Below are positions 10,801 through 19,602 of a DNA stretch of 48,062 nucleotides, piece after piece. This DNA is from Methylobacter sp. (lineage in GTDB: Bacteria; Pseudomonadota; Gammaproteobacteria; Methylococcales; Methylomonadaceae), in contig JAQTLI010000001.1 of the NCBI GenBank assembly GCA_028714995.1, positions 1 to 48,062 on the forward strand, read 5' to 3'. Below the pieces are notes generated by a model. The model did not search any database. It was given only the letters and a program-made list of their open reading frames with translations, and was not told the DNA's origin. The number at the start of each line of letters is the position of its first letter. Position 1 is the stretch's first letter. The translations under genes were made by a program, and so were the position numbers.

Positions 10801-12615
10801 GCCAGGTTTAGATCCAGGCAGCAAAGGCCGGGTACGGAAGGGAGCATACTGTGCGTTACTCCAAGCAGCAATACCTTCGCCCCACGAACCCAGTATCGTG
10901 GTTGCTTTGGATGGTCCTATATTGGTTAAAAAACCTGGGAAATGCCCAATGTTGTAAAAAGTGAGTCCGCTTTGATCGTCAAATCTTCCGGCATCCATGC
11001 ATTGATAAGCAAGTTCGACCTGGGTGCCGTTACTAATTCCAAGATTCAAGTAACCGACGATTGGCCGTGAGCTTGAATTTGCTCTCAATTCTCTGTTGGT
11101 ATACACGCATAAGATAGAACCCTTCTGATCGTCTGCCACATCACTACCGGCTATTTCTGTTGCGACAGGTGCAATTGCAGAACTTTCACCTTCGAGCGGA
11201 TAGGTGCAAAATTCATTATTCCAACTTTGCACAATGTCTGGAAGCCCGTCCCGATTGAAATCAACGACACCGACACTGTTGAGGTATGGAAGCACGCGGT
11301 ACGCATCGATTGGGTTGGTAGGTCCTCCCTGGACATTGGTGATAAACGTTGAGCCGAATGCGACATTAGCGCCCTCATATTCAAATGACGTAGGGGGTAA
11401 GCGATATCGACATTCGCGATCCTCTGGAATGTGCCCTTTATCGTCTTCAAACTGGTTGCAACGGCCTTCCATTTGTATTCCAGACAGGAACGAGTGATGC
11501 CATAGCTGGAATCGAACAGGATTCTCTGAGGGGACAGTAGCGCCTGTACCTTGTAGCAAAGCGTAGTTGAGTAAGTAAGTGCGGATAACCTCACGCGGCC
11601 CGGCGCCCGACCATGGCATGCTCGCGACCACGACGCGGCTGAGGCGTAAGTCTGGAGTGGCATGGTAGGGATCGGCGTAAAAGGTTTGTGGGAAATCGGG
11701 TTGTTTCCAGGTAAGTTGTGTATGATGAGCGAAGTCGGTATCGCTGCGTGGGCCGTTCGCACGTGGTGTGTCGTAAATGTCCGTGAGGTATAAGAGCCCG
11801 CGCTTGCCGAGGCGCTTCCAATGGTAGTCAATATAGTTGACCGGCATACCAGAAACTTTGTGTACCGCATCGGAATGCCGAACCAGGCGCCAACGAAGAA
11901 TAGCCTTATTGTTTCCAAAAGGATGTTCAATGCCAGGGGTGCTGTTGTCTGGTGGTTCGCCAAACTCAAGTAATTCACCGCCTTTGAGTTGCACTCGCCA
12001 GTAACGGCGATCACCGGAAAGATAGAACCTCGAGAATTGACCTTCAACTTGTAGCCGGAAATAACGCCATCCACTATTTTGAACCCAGCCTGGTTGAGGT
12101 TCATCGCCACAATTTGAATCCGGCAACTTACAAATAAAGACCAAAGGCTGTCCGTTATAGGTATAGCGCTCCTCGGTAACGAGGGCACCAGACGCATCTT
12201 TTCGCCGCTCTCCACAAGCGATAGGATTTCCGTCTTTGAAACAAGGATTGCCGGAAAGTGGTTTGCGCTCAATCACCGGTAAGTCCAGCCCCCAGCCATA
12301 CCCGGCCTCGGAATCGCGTGAGGAGGAGTTATAGTTCAACGAAAGTCTCGGCTGGGGTCGCCCACGCGCTGCGGGGAGGTCAAACGGGTAAGTCCAAGTC
12401 ATTGCCCCCGTCTTGCTGTTGGGCTGTCCATAACCTGTTGTGCCTTCGCCGAAGACACCTTCGGCTGTCTCGCCGGCTGCGCTCGTTGGATCCGCACGTC
12501 CAGAAGGCGCAATAAGTATTGCAAGCAAAATCGCCACTAGTAAAAGGATTTCGCGCCCTAATGCATATAGTGCGCCGACACAGCTTAAGGGTACATCGCT
12601 GGCTTTGCCATACAT
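4822..12615 (-). CDS. Fused TcB-TcC-like RHS toxin: signal-like N-terminus, SpvB, FG-GAP repeats, RHS core, deaminase-like C-terminal domain
   Basis: GAMTWTYPFDLPAARGRPQPRLSLNYNS...GYGWGL (SpvB), DxNGDGLVD repeats, YD repeats, GARYY...GRFMSADP...NPYAY...DPMGL core, tip HAEE...CPRC. Confidence 0.9.
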   Translation of the reverse strand: MYGKASDVPLSCVGALYALGREILLLVAILLAILIAPSGRADPTSAAGETAEGVFGEGTTGYGQPNSKTGAMTWTYPFDLPAARGRPQPRLSLNYNSSSRDSEAGYGWGLDLPVIERKPLSGNPCFKDGNPIACGERRKDASGALVTEERYTYNGQPLVFICKLPDSNCGDEPQPGWVQNSGWRYFRLQVEGQFSRFYLSGDRRYWRVQLKGGELLEFGEPPDNSTPGIEHPFGNNKAILRWRLVRHSDAVHKVSGMPVNYIDYHWKRLGKRGLLYLTDIYDTPRANGPRSDTDFAHHTQLTWKQPDFPQTFYADPYHATPDLRLSRVVVASMPWSGAGPREVIRTYLLNYALLQGTGATVPSENPVRFQLWHHSFLSGIQMEGRCNQFEDDKGHIPEDRECRYRLPPTSFEYEGANVAFGSTFITNVQGGPTNPIDAYRVLPYLNSVGVVDFNRDGLPDIVQSWNNEFCTYPLEGESSAIAPVATEIAGSDVADDQKGSILCVYTNRELRANSSSRPIVGYLNLGISNGTQVELAYQCMDAGRFDDQSGLTFYNIGHFPGFLTNIGPSKATTILGSWGEGIAAWSNAQYAPFRTRPLLPGSKPGEFQPGTGCKLFKVEAGPYDFKEADFHPGWKWEKTHDNDWPKRAPGKSEQDPPIPSDQPELGSPRVPRWFSDIDGDGLVDRLDSTGEPAIDFDTAFVQFTQRYAKHEPLPIQGEGPAQVPFVSDPAQLPHSLAPNVAGSKRGTKFYYIDVNGDGLVDLVTINPKDGSGIPRVRPGNGYGEFMCIGSLQPWPCKELPTEAAAIYEIEMLGSQALWPSNSEYQHELEKDTFFHDVTADGLADIVQYDRYTGKVRLWVNQDGHTFACVTGSCVVGVVLDERTGTPIISSNFGDHRTTFADMNADGTDDIVILTNRGAYIGLFMQTPPLIVPSIGTGGAPRPGLLARIHNGYGATTDIQYQTIQQLDLAAKKTGPAVAWEYHSPVVENIVTQIITQDSYHANNPSGTQFSAPYEFKRTAQYAYQNPAYDRWSRSFVGFRKVFAHYGDEMATTATTYWFGPCQNNALNTQDIPLCPEGSDDDTYKSLTGRAVRIDRANASFFLNTGYDWGHQLERGGPKLLWTKTFQYGNGTLFDRSDRRVTFSYPSQIDTYLYDDAQPTKRGGKISPIAGGDEVAGGDVLENAPNQKGIRKHLSRLVEYDQLGTLKRVTDKGAVKDEDSKPTDVADITTITLFSPKGTAHPDGPSNSLDTPEILPCTPDWQCLPDFVSIWEPRPVLGGIHPDKLLRKSRFTYNDATKDIQSVEGWLDDQSISLDRHHPAGNNSTAPKPPGQSLNNGWHTLATLNYDTWGNAIQIASGQSSGGSPASCTAIIYDGPYQYLPNFVERFTDGCAGSTLETKTIFDRGFEQVVSSIAPNGSSSDIHHDQFGRPIEVYLPNPNATSGNQNPVLGATIAYIDRRPLSLVDVRRNVGFGKSTRSVSILNGLGEPVVAFDQGDNNDWILNGWRETNLTGQVVKARRPWTYTGDPIATAVNANNLPVPSDNAFFEINYDGFGRQASMKEKGTTGASTFSIELMRTSYFPLALETRDAEQLKTGGIHGQAFQRLEFDGHGRSKRAVQHIGNPIADNIVTTVEYKPTGEPGAITRIHAGNTYKRTMEYDSLGRLIVNKEPNTGNNWRYAWDDAGRLLGTSDARGCGENFHYDGLNRLIGEDYSPCLASQPAYTSPNLATGEGLETFYRYDTYEADQVSPEPGFTDDPKFALGNLVAVSDRGSHTRFNYDARGRVRRISRQVAKPDASGNSSPYAPHWFTSRMDFDLGDRLERRTTGVDVAELLMNGTSEERYTYSPHGLPLSIYSSYGSLVEKIVYDPDGAPNSITYGDYYGTRAKLEYDGRRRLTRYDLTNTKSYPPLWLSALTYFDYRFSAYDEVGNPQVIEDISKVLISSITSNPLPPEAAPVQKRKMEYDDLYRLTRIDNTYKVPGGIAPWRSPFESEINTGDRHPVPLRSLPTRVTQQTFDYDGLGNLTASSDDLKVLYDRSLGPNLGYGTPVNGPNQLQSGEGLQVRYDEAGNLSDLKLTRPGNCPTGAADQCAQWFAYDWDEVGQLARARRWDFDGSALPPQASPDALPAEKPSWDLTYAYSQGARVRKSVVDATDVTRHTLEVFDTLRVEQASFDSTDENYEVKPDNLHAYLGGMAHVFWDTENQFPHQAPASLITMHLNMGDHLGSSSVVINHANSELVERTTYLPYGAVESDYRPSKGKAFREPYKFTGKEEDIEVGAYYFGARYYQPHLGRFMSADPLTIHGFGSDLNPYAYVGGRVFSSIDPMGLDSDVYDAPPRTPEEQAAWNETLQQAGGNGCLGTECIPREPTTPIPSVPQDFAPKRGDVSASGSSDEPSVASHALTGLGQNLKKAALDTARDLVDPLHVNRNFVKDVLTVFDKKASTTSKSIAAGSAILAVIPVVGELKIVPGGLARILSSTASSEELAHAVSSVGSGGFKQTIAVLETTEGIRLVAGGVQDLSPLQRIYASARGLVPVKLYGAHAEETVLTRALELGYTPLRGVTTIGICPRCAFRLPEFYGLAIEAIEGEKVFTILPGAR

Positions 12616-12684
12616 AACATCACCTCCGCGTAGATACCTAAGTTACAGGGATCTTACTTTTACAAAGAACAGGGAGCCCAATTT

Positions 12685-12722
12685 GGGGTTTAAGGTGCAA
12701 TGGAACGGAAAACCGGGCTAAA
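12685..12722 (+). repeat. Tn3-family IR, same subtype as 3988-4025
   Basis: GGGGTTTAAGGTGCAATGGAACGGAAAACCGGGCTAAA. Confidence 0.8.
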
Positions 12723-13039
12723 TACTTATGACTTGACGAACAATCGTGCGAAGGCCATTTTTATTGCGCATACGTTGATTTCAAAGACATCCCCTAGACT
12801 GAAAAAACCAGTTCTAACCCTGAGATGGATTTTAAGTTAAGATACTAGGCACACTAGGCCACATTGTCAATACGGTATAGCGCGTAATATAAGGCTTACA
12901 CACAATAACCAAATGCTAGTGGTCTGTCATCTGATGCGATCCTCGTACTCTTTAGCATAAGAGAAAAATCAGACCTGTATGTGTTAACTGCTTGTTGATC
13001 TTAAACAATTGATTTATTGATACACACCTCATCATAGAC

Positions 13040-13077
13040 GCTAACCTACGTTTTCGTACCGTTGGACTTCAATCTCC
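13040..13077 (-). repeat. Degenerate Tn3/Tn1000-like IR (third subtype)
   Basis: Reverse complement GGAGATTGAAGTCCAACGGTACGAAAACGTAGGTTAGC; shares its core with 24634-24671. Confidence 0.7.
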
Positions 13078-13165
13078 ATTTACGGATGTGCTCTAAGCCC
13101 ATTGACTTCCCGATTTTTCTAGTATATATGCGTACTATGCGTTGATTCCGCCGACTTTGCCCATG

Positions 13166-13345
13166 CCGCTGGCCGACGCCTATCGGTATGCGGTAACGCT
13201 CTGTGGGGGCGAATGAACGCAAGTGAAGATCGGTGGTCCCGTTAAGAACCTTGAGGCCTTCATGGATCGGATCATGGACTGACCTTCCGTGCAGCCAGCG
13301 TTGCGCGGCGAAGCCGCTGCATTCGCTGCCCAGCTGGTCTCCTAA
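13166..13345 (+). pseudogene. Probable glutathione S-transferase C-terminal fragment
   Basis: Frameshifted pieces LADAYRYAVTL...KNLEAFMDRIMD*PSVQPALRGE resemble the GST C-terminal ADAY...AFxxRxxxRPAVQxAL pattern. Confidence 0.45.
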
Positions 13346-13551
13346 AGAGCCCTCCGCATGACCCACCTACACGGCGACGCTGAGACTTGCGGGAACTGAG
13401 GCATCTATTACGAGCAAGCATCTAGGGCCAACCTGAAAGTCAGGCATGCATTCTACTGCTGCCATTCCGAGTGATAGCGTCGAGGTCCGCAATTGGCCGA
13501 CTGTTGTTATTCGCGACAGTCGGTACCCGACCCAAAGGAGACCGTGAAAGC

Positions 13552-16500
13552 CTAACTGTCAGCCCTGAATTGCCCATGGCGCAAAGCCAAACCAGGCAAT
13601 ACCAATAGATTGAGCAACGTTGAGGTTGCGAGTCCCCCCAGAATGACGATAGCCATTGGTCCTTCAATTTCCCGGCCCGGTTCTCCGCTACCGATAGCGA
13701 GCGGCAAGAGTCCGAGCGCCGTCACCAAGGCGGTCATGAGGATGGGTGTGAGGCGCTCCTGGGCGCCGCGCAGGGCAGTTTCTCTGTTCCAGGTCAGCCC
13801 CTCGACGGAAACCAGATGCTCGTAATGCGATAACAGCATCACGGAGTTACGCAGGGTAATGCCGAACAGCGTAACGAAACCCACCAGCGAACCGATGGAC
13901 AATTCGCTGCTCGACAGAAATACAGCCAAAACGCCGCCTACCAGGGCAAAGGGCAAGTTGATCATGACCAGAATCAGGTTGCGATGATTACCCATCACGA
14001 TGGACAGTAGCAGCACGATCCCGACACCGGCCATCGCTGAATGAACCATCAAGTCATGTGTTGATTTGGCCTGAGCCTCCGCCGCGCCGCCAAATTCCAC
14101 GTAACTGCCCGCAGGCAAGGCGACCGTAGTGGCGATTTTTTGCTTAGCTTCGTTCACGAACGAGGCGATATCGCGCCCCGCAACGTTGCCCGTAACGGCT
14201 TGAATTCTCCGGGCTCCCCGATGCAGTACCACATAACGTCCCGAATCTTCGTAAATATCCGCCAATTCCTTGAGCAGGACATAAACGCCATTCGGGCTTC
14301 GCAATGGCAGACGGCCGATGTCCGCGATATTTTTTCGCAGTTGTGGATCGAGGATCACTGCGACATTAAAAATCCGGTTGCCTTCGTAGATTTGACTGAC
14401 CACGTCGCCCTGATAGGCGGTACGGATTGCTTCCAACACCTGGACCGAATCGAATCCCCACCGCAACAGGTCATTTTGGCGCAGGCGGACGATCAACCGC
14501 GGCGTTCCCGGCGGGGATTGCACCTGCACATCGGTTGCACCCTTGACCTGGTTCAGCACCTGAGCGATCTTTTCGGCCTGAGCATCCAGACTATCCAGAT
14601 CATTACCGACGACGTTAACCACCACCGAAGCGGTATAGCCTGACAGGGTTTCTTCGACACGTTCGGCCAAAAACGTTTTCACCGAAGAATTGATACCGGG
14701 GAACTCTGTCAACACGCGGCGTATATCCGCAAGCGCCTGCTCGGATGCTTCGCCGGACAGCGGCTTCAGGTCGATATTCATTTCGCTATAGTGCGTGCCC
14801 CAGGTATCATCGGCCTTTTCCGCACGTCCGACGCGTTGAGCAACCAAGCTCACTGCGGGAAGTTTCAGCAATGCCTGGCTGATTTGTCCACCGAAACGCA
14901 GCGACTCCTCCAGTGAAGTGCCTGGCGCTGCCGATACGTGGATAATGAAATGACCTTCTTTTAGTTCCGGCAGAAAACCCGCACCGAAAAACGGCAACGA
15001 ACCCAAGGCGGCCAGCATCAGCAGTACCACGCTGCCGATGATGACCTTTGGGCGGCGGTCAATTTTCATCAGAATCCCAAGGTATCGGCGCTTGAGCCAA
15101 TTCATCAGCGGGGGCTCCCGCTCGTCCAGGTTCTTTTCTCCCAGGAACAGCAAACACAAGGCCGGAGTCAAGGTCAGTGCGACTGCCAGCGAGGCCAGCA
15201 CGGATAAGATGTAAGCGATGCCCAGCGGGGCAAATAATCGGCCAGCCAGATCGGACATCAGGAGAATCGGCGTAAAGACCAGTACAACCGCGAAGGTGGC
15301 AAAGACCACAGCGCTACGGACTTCGAGGGAGGCATCCAATACCACCCGAAGCGGTGCGCGGGGCTGGGCCGCGTGGCGGTTGTCCCGCAGTCGGCGGAGG
15401 ATATTTTCGACATCGATGACGGCATCATCCACTACCTCGCCGATCGCCATCGCCAGGCCGCCCAGGGTCATGGTATTAAGGCTGAAGCCAAGCCATTCCA
15501 GCACTATCACCGCCGACAGCAACGACAAAGGGATGGCGGTGCAGGAAATCGCCGCCGTGCGCAGATTGAACAGGAACAGTGTCAGGACGACAGCAACCAG
15601 CACGGCGCCAATGAGCAGCGAGGTTTGAACATTATGGGTGGCGAGCTGTATGAATTTGGCAGGACGAAACAGCACCTGCATTGTCACATCCTGTTTCGTC
15701 AGACCGGGCTCGATCTCCTTCAAGGCCTGCTCGACGCGTTCGGTTACCTCCAGAGTATTGGCTCCGTATTGTTCCGAAATAACCAATTGCACACCGGTCT
15801 GGCCGTTGATCGACGCTACGCCGATGATGGGTTCCGGTGCTTCCCGGACTTGGCCGACATCGCCCAGCGTGACGTTGGCCCCGTTGCCATGCACGAGCAC
15901 CGTCCTGGCCAGTTGTTCTGCGGTAATGAACTGCCCCTCGCTCTGCAAGACCAGACGCTGGTTGGGATTGTCGATAAAACCCGCGCCCCTGATGCCGGTG
16001 GCACGACTCGTCGCGGCGCGAACGTCTTCAATAGAAAGGCCGTATTGGATCAGGCGATCGGGTTGCACCTGGACCTGCAATTCCTTCACTTCGCCGCCGA
16101 AAACCGCGACCTTCGCGACTCCGGGAGTCGCCAGCAACCTTGGTTTGAGGGTCCAGTCGGCCAAGGTCCGAAGCTCCATCAGGCTGCGTTTATCCGAACT
16201 GAGTCCCACGTCCAGCACCGTGCTCATGGCAGACGTCAGCGGTGAAATAACAGGTGCCTGGACGCCCTGAGGCAGGCGCCCGGCCAGAGTCGCCAGCCGC
16301 TCGGCCACGACCTGACGATCGCGGAAAATATCGCTGTTCGGTTTAAAAATGACGGTAATGACGGACAAACCCTGAATTGAATTGGAGCTGAGACGCTCGA
16401 TGCCGGCCACACCGTTGATGACGTTTTCGATCGGTTGCGTCACCAATACTTCCACTTGCTCGGCGCTCAATCCCTGCGCTTCGGTCTGGATAACGACCTG

Positions 16501-16656
16501 CGGCGGTGCGAATTCAGGAAAAACGTCGTAATTCGCCTGTTCAAGGGCATAGAGTCCATATCCCAACAGCACGCACGCCAAGGCGATGACGACACCTCGA
16601 AAGTGCAGAGAAAAGCGGACGATAGCCGCCAATAATCCCGTAGGTTCTCCATTCAC
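13552..16656 (-). CDS. Heavy-metal RND efflux permease (CzcA/CusA family)
   Basis: 1034 aa; [23 protein letters not shown]4, [11 protein letters not shown]. Confidence 0.95.
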   Translation of the reverse strand: MNGEPTGLLAAIVRFSLHFRGVVIALACVLLGYGLYALEQANYDVFPEFAPPQVVIQTEAQGLSAEQVEVLVTQPIENVINGVAGIERLSSNSIQGLSVITVIFKPNSDIFRDRQVVAERLATLAGRLPQGVQAPVISPLTSAMSTVLDVGLSSDKRSLMELRTLADWTLKPRLLATPGVAKVAVFGGEVKELQVQVQPDRLIQYGLSIEDVRAATSRATGIRGAGFIDNPNQRLVLQSEGQFITAEQLARTVLVHGNGANVTLGDVGQVREAPEPIIGVASINGQTGVQLVISEQYGANTLEVTERVEQALKEIEPGLTKQDVTMQVLFRPAKFIQLATHNVQTSLLIGAVLVAVVLTLFLFNLRTAAISCTAIPLSLLSAVIVLEWLGFSLNTMTLGGLAMAIGEVVDDAVIDVENILRRLRDNRHAAQPRAPLRVVLDASLEVRSAVVFATFAVVLVFTPILLMSDLAGRLFAPLGIAYILSVLASLAVALTLTPALCLLFLGEKNLDEREPPLMNWLKRRYLGILMKIDRRPKVIIGSVVLLMLAALGSLPFFGAGFLPELKEGHFIIHVSAAPGTSLEESLRFGGQISQALLKLPAVSLVAQRVGRAEKADDTWGTHYSEMNIDLKPLSGEASEQALADIRRVLTEFPGINSSVKTFLAERVEETLSGYTASVVVNVVGNDLDSLDAQAEKIAQVLNQVKGATDVQVQSPPGTPRLIVRLRQNDLLRWGFDSVQVLEAIRTAYQGDVVSQIYEGNRIFNVAVILDPQLRKNIADIGRLPLRSPNGVYVLLKELADIYEDSGRYVVLHRGARRIQAVTGNVAGRDIASFVNEAKQKIATTVALPAGSYVEFGGAAEAQAKSTHDLMVHSAMAGVGIVLLLSIVMGNHRNLILVMINLPFALVGGVLAVFLSSSELSIGSLVGFVTLFGITLRNSVMLLSHYEHLVSVEGLTWNRETALRGAQERLTPILMTALVTALGLLPLAIGSGEPGREIEGPMAIVILGGLATSTLLNLLVLPGLALRHGQFRADS

Positions 16657-16659
16657 GGC

Positions 16660-17685
16660 TTAATCCCCTTCGTCGCCCATTTGAATTTGTCCCAGTAGCT
16701 CCTGGGACAGCAACAACTGCGCCCCCTTCAAGACAACGGCCTCTGCTGCTGAAAATCCTTGATTAACAAACCAGCCATTAGAAGTAGGCAGGTCTGCCGG
16801 CAGTTCCCGGCGGATAAATTGTCCGGGAGACGTTTCGATGTAAACCCAGGCTTTTCCCTGCCACGACACCACGGCCGCAGCGGGAATGTTCACGCCCGGA
16901 ATCGAATCACCCGCAGGCAGAAAAACCGGTATATTCACGCCGGCCGCAAAATCGAATGATTGGCGCGACACTCGATAAAGCAGCGTCGTTCCCTGAAACC
17001 TGGGATCGGTGCGCGGCAATCGGGTAATCAAACTGGCTTCAATCAAAGCACCATCGCTCGTTTGAATACGGGTCGTATCAGGTAACGAGGCGAGGCTTTC
17101 TCCCTCCGGAACGGACACTTGCACCAAGGCTTCTTCCAGACTCGCCACCCGGCTGAACAACGGCGAGTCATCCACTATGACTTGCGCCACAGCTTCACCC
17201 CACTGCTGCCGGGCATTGCGCTCAATGGCCAGAGAGACTTCGCGGGTCGCTTGGGCGCGCGCTTCATCGGAGCGCCAGGTTGCTTCGGCGAGCTGCATGG
17301 CTCGCTCGGAGGTGTTACGATCATCCGCATGCAAGTCCTTGAGCCTCAGATATTCCAGCCGCGAAGCCAACACCGTGGCCTGGGCGCTTTCCGATTGCGC
17401 CTTGGCCGCTGCATAGGCATTGCGCAGATCAACCCATTCCTGGATAGGTAATACTACACCGAACGCCCGTATCATCCGCTGGTGATTGACCGCTTGCAGC
17501 GCTCCTGTGGCGATACCGCCTTTTTGGCGGGCGATTTCTTCCAGAGTGACAACAGCGGCGCCGTCAATGACCGCAACGCTCGCCTTAGTCGGCAAGACGG
17601 CCTGTTCGCGTTCACGCTCCGTTTCCGATTCCCGACATCCCTGTAAGGCGAAAATCATCAATACCCATAACGCGACTTTTCTCAT
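16660..17685 (-). CDS. RND periplasmic adaptor (membrane fusion) lipoprotein
   Basis: Lipobox LQGC, coiled hairpin, IPAAAVVSWQGKAWVY; lies between tolC and the RND gene. Confidence 0.85.
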   Translation of the reverse strand: MRKVALWVLMIFALQGCRESETEREREQAVLPTKASVAVIDGAAVVTLEEIARQKGGIATGALQAVNHQRMIRAFGVVLPIQEWVDLRNAYAAAKAQSESAQATVLASRLEYLRLKDLHADDRNTSERAMQLAEATWRSDEARAQATREVSLAIERNARQQWGEAVAQVIVDDSPLFSRVASLEEALVQVSVPEGESLASLPDTTRIQTSDGALIEASLITRLPRTDPRFQGTTLLYRVSRQSFDFAAGVNIPVFLPAGDSIPGVNIPAAAVVSWQGKAWVYIETSPGQFIRRELPADLPTSNGWFVNQGFSAAEAVVLKGAQLLLSQELLGQIQMGDEGD

Positions 17686-17696
17686 TCTGATGTGCC

Positions 17697-19106
17697 CTAC
17701 GGACGCGGTGGGTTACTGGGAGATGGGTGATCAAGCTCGGCGTTCAGCGGCCGTTGCAAGGCGTCTTCCACCAAGCCGAGTGCTTGGTGCGCCCGGTTCC
17801 AGGTATCCAGACGCGCGAGCTGGATGCTGATAAGTTCCGCCTCGGCGCTGGTCAAAGCGAGCCGATCGGTCTCGCCGGCGTTGAATTGAGCAGTGACCGC
17901 ACGTTGCTGTTTTGCGCGTGAGGCAAGCAATGCCTCGGCGATAGTCAGTTTATTCGAAGCCATCCGAAATCCGATAACGGTTTGGTCAATGTCGCCCATC
18001 GTCTTGTTTTGCAATGCCAGGAAAGTCGCCGCCGCGAGTTTGCGATTGGCTTCGGCCTGGGCGATGGGACCTTCGTTCTGGTTCAGGATGGGTAGCGTCA
18101 GCGATACGCCCAGTGACCATTTGTTTTCACCTTGATCCCATTGGTGACCCGGTTTCATCTGGATGTCCGGGTATTGCTTGGCAATTTCCAGTTGTAAGGC
18201 CGATTGGCTAACGTCGTATTCAGCCAGCGCTTTCAGAATATCCGCCCGGTTGATCAAGGCCAAGCGTCGTAGTCGGTCAACGCCCAGCGATTTATCCGGC
18301 GGCAATCGGGAGAAGGCATCGAAGGAAAAGGCTATTCCGTCCAATGCTTGGACCGGCAGTCCCAGAGCCGATGCCAGAAGTACCTTAGCTTCAGCGTGCT
18401 CCCGTTGCGTTTCCGCCAACAGCAATTGGGTTTGTTGCAGGGTAAGATGGGATTGCGTCACCTCCGGCTGAGAGACGGCTCCTGCGGAGAGACGATGCGC
18501 CAGTAAATCGACCAGACGATCCTGAATGGCCGCCTGCTTTTGCAAGGTATACCGCTTCGTCTGTGCGACATAAAAGGCTAGAAATGCCGATCGAACACGG
18601 CTGCGGACTTGCCAGGCCGTGTTGAGCAATTTGAAACGAGCCGCGTCTGTTTGGTGTTTGGCCTGATCCAACCTAAGCCCACGTTTACCCGCGGTCTCGA
18701 TCGGGACATTCAGACTCCAGCCCAATGTCCATGGAGAAACCGAGGCTAGTGCATTGGAATCGAACTGCGGGGAAAAACTCACCGTTGGATTGGGCCGCAT
18801 ACCGGCGGTAATACTTCCCGCTTCGGCGAATCCCAGTTCGGCGCGGGCTACGTCCAAGTCCGGGTGATAGTAAAATGCGGCCAGCATGAGGTAGGTCAAA
18901 TTCCAGTTTGCGGGCGGCCATGCAGAGCTATCCTGCCTGAGATTGATCTTAAAAAACGCACGCAAACCGGGATCAGTCAGCGTGTGCGCTTCCAGACCGG
19001 AGGCTGTGACCAAAGCGTTGATCGGCTTGTCGGTAAACGAAACGCAGCTGTTCAGCGAGAGCGGTAACAGAAGAAAGAGAAAAAATAAAGCCGGTCGTGT
19101 TTTCAT
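17697..19106 (-). CDS. TolC-family outer membrane efflux protein
   Basis: Lipobox SLNSC, HPDL, PIETAGKR, AKQYPD, LPILNQNEG; start 19106 or 19127. Confidence 0.9.
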   Translation of the reverse strand: MKTRPALFFLFLLLPLSLNSCVSFTDKPINALVTASGLEAHTLTDPGLRAFFKINLRQDSSAWPPANWNLTYLMLAAFYYHPDLDVARAELGFAEAGSITAGMRPNPTVSFSPQFDSNALASVSPWTLGWSLNVPIETAGKRGLRLDQAKHQTDAARFKLLNTAWQVRSRVRSAFLAFYVAQTKRYTLQKQAAIQDRLVDLLAHRLSAGAVSQPEVTQSHLTLQQTQLLLAETQREHAEAKVLLASALGLPVQALDGIAFSFDAFSRLPPDKSLGVDRLRRLALINRADILKALAEYDVSQSALQLEIAKQYPDIQMKPGHQWDQGENKWSLGVSLTLPILNQNEGPIAQAEANRKLAAATFLALQNKTMGDIDQTVIGFRMASNKLTIAEALLASRAKQQRAVTAQFNAGETDRLALTSAEAELISIQLARLDTWNRAHQALGLVEDALQRPLNAELDHPSPSNPPRP

Positions 19107-19153
19107 GATGGTTAATGATAGAACCATGACCCGACCAGGAACATGACGCCAAG

Positions 19154-19169
19154 ATTACATTTTTGTCAT
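19154..19169 (-). promoter_or_regulatory. CusR/CopR/CzcR-type response regulator box
   Basis: Minus strand ATGACAAAAATGTAAT just upstream of the tolC-adaptor-RND operon. Confidence 0.65.
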
Positions 19170-19255
19170 GTTGGGTGGTGAACAGGAAGAGCGACTTTAA
19201 AAGTCAGGGGCACCTCACTCCTCATGAAACTGAAAAAAATCGTATGCGTGCTGCA

Positions 19256-19531
19256 TCACCTCAGATAAGAGTGAAGCACTCTTACCACCTCTTCCAAATC
19301 CTCGCTCCGCTGCTGTGGGGAAATGTCATCCGCACCGAGGTGCTCGCGAATATGCCCTTCCAACACCTCAGCCATCAGTCCGTTAACAGCGCCCCGAATC
19401 GCGGCGATTTGCTGAAGAACCGCCGCACACTCCGATTCCTGCTCTAACGCCTTTTCCAGCGCCTCGGCTTGCCCTTTGATGCGGCGCACACGGGTCAACA
19501 GTTGTTTCTTGAATTTGATTGTATGGGCCAT
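19256..19531 (-). CDS. RcnR/FrmR/CsoR-family metal-sensing repressor (DmeR-like)
   Basis: MAHT...RVRRIKGQ...ECAAVLQQIAAIRGA...EGHIREH; divergent from dmeF. Confidence 0.92.
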   Translation of the reverse strand: MAHTIKFKKQLLTRVRRIKGQAEALEKALEQESECAAVLQQIAAIRGAVNGLMAEVLEGHIREHLGADDISPQQRSEDLEEVVRVLHSYLR

Positions 19532-19556
19532 GGCGTCTCTTTTGATTGCATGAAAG

Positions 19557-19575
19557 TATACTGGGGTATAGTATA
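19557..19575. promoter_or_regulatory. RcnR/FrmR-type operator
   Basis: TATACT-GGGGTAT-AGTATA, a TACT/AGTA inverted repeat around a G tract, between repressor and dmeF. Confidence 0.75.
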
Positions 19576-19602
19576 TATTATTTAGCCAAAGGACTCTATC
19601 AA

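Noticed and set aside
11151-12272. 373-aa alternative-frame ORF on the same strand inside the RHS gene
   Set aside because: Long, but fully nested, Ser/Arg-rich and without recognisable motifs; most likely a frame shadow. Conservation testing would be needed to revive it.
12680-13082. Target-site duplication around the 12685-13077 IR pair (a MITE)
   Set aside because: Flanks AATTT and ATTTA do not match in register and the two IRs are different subtypes.
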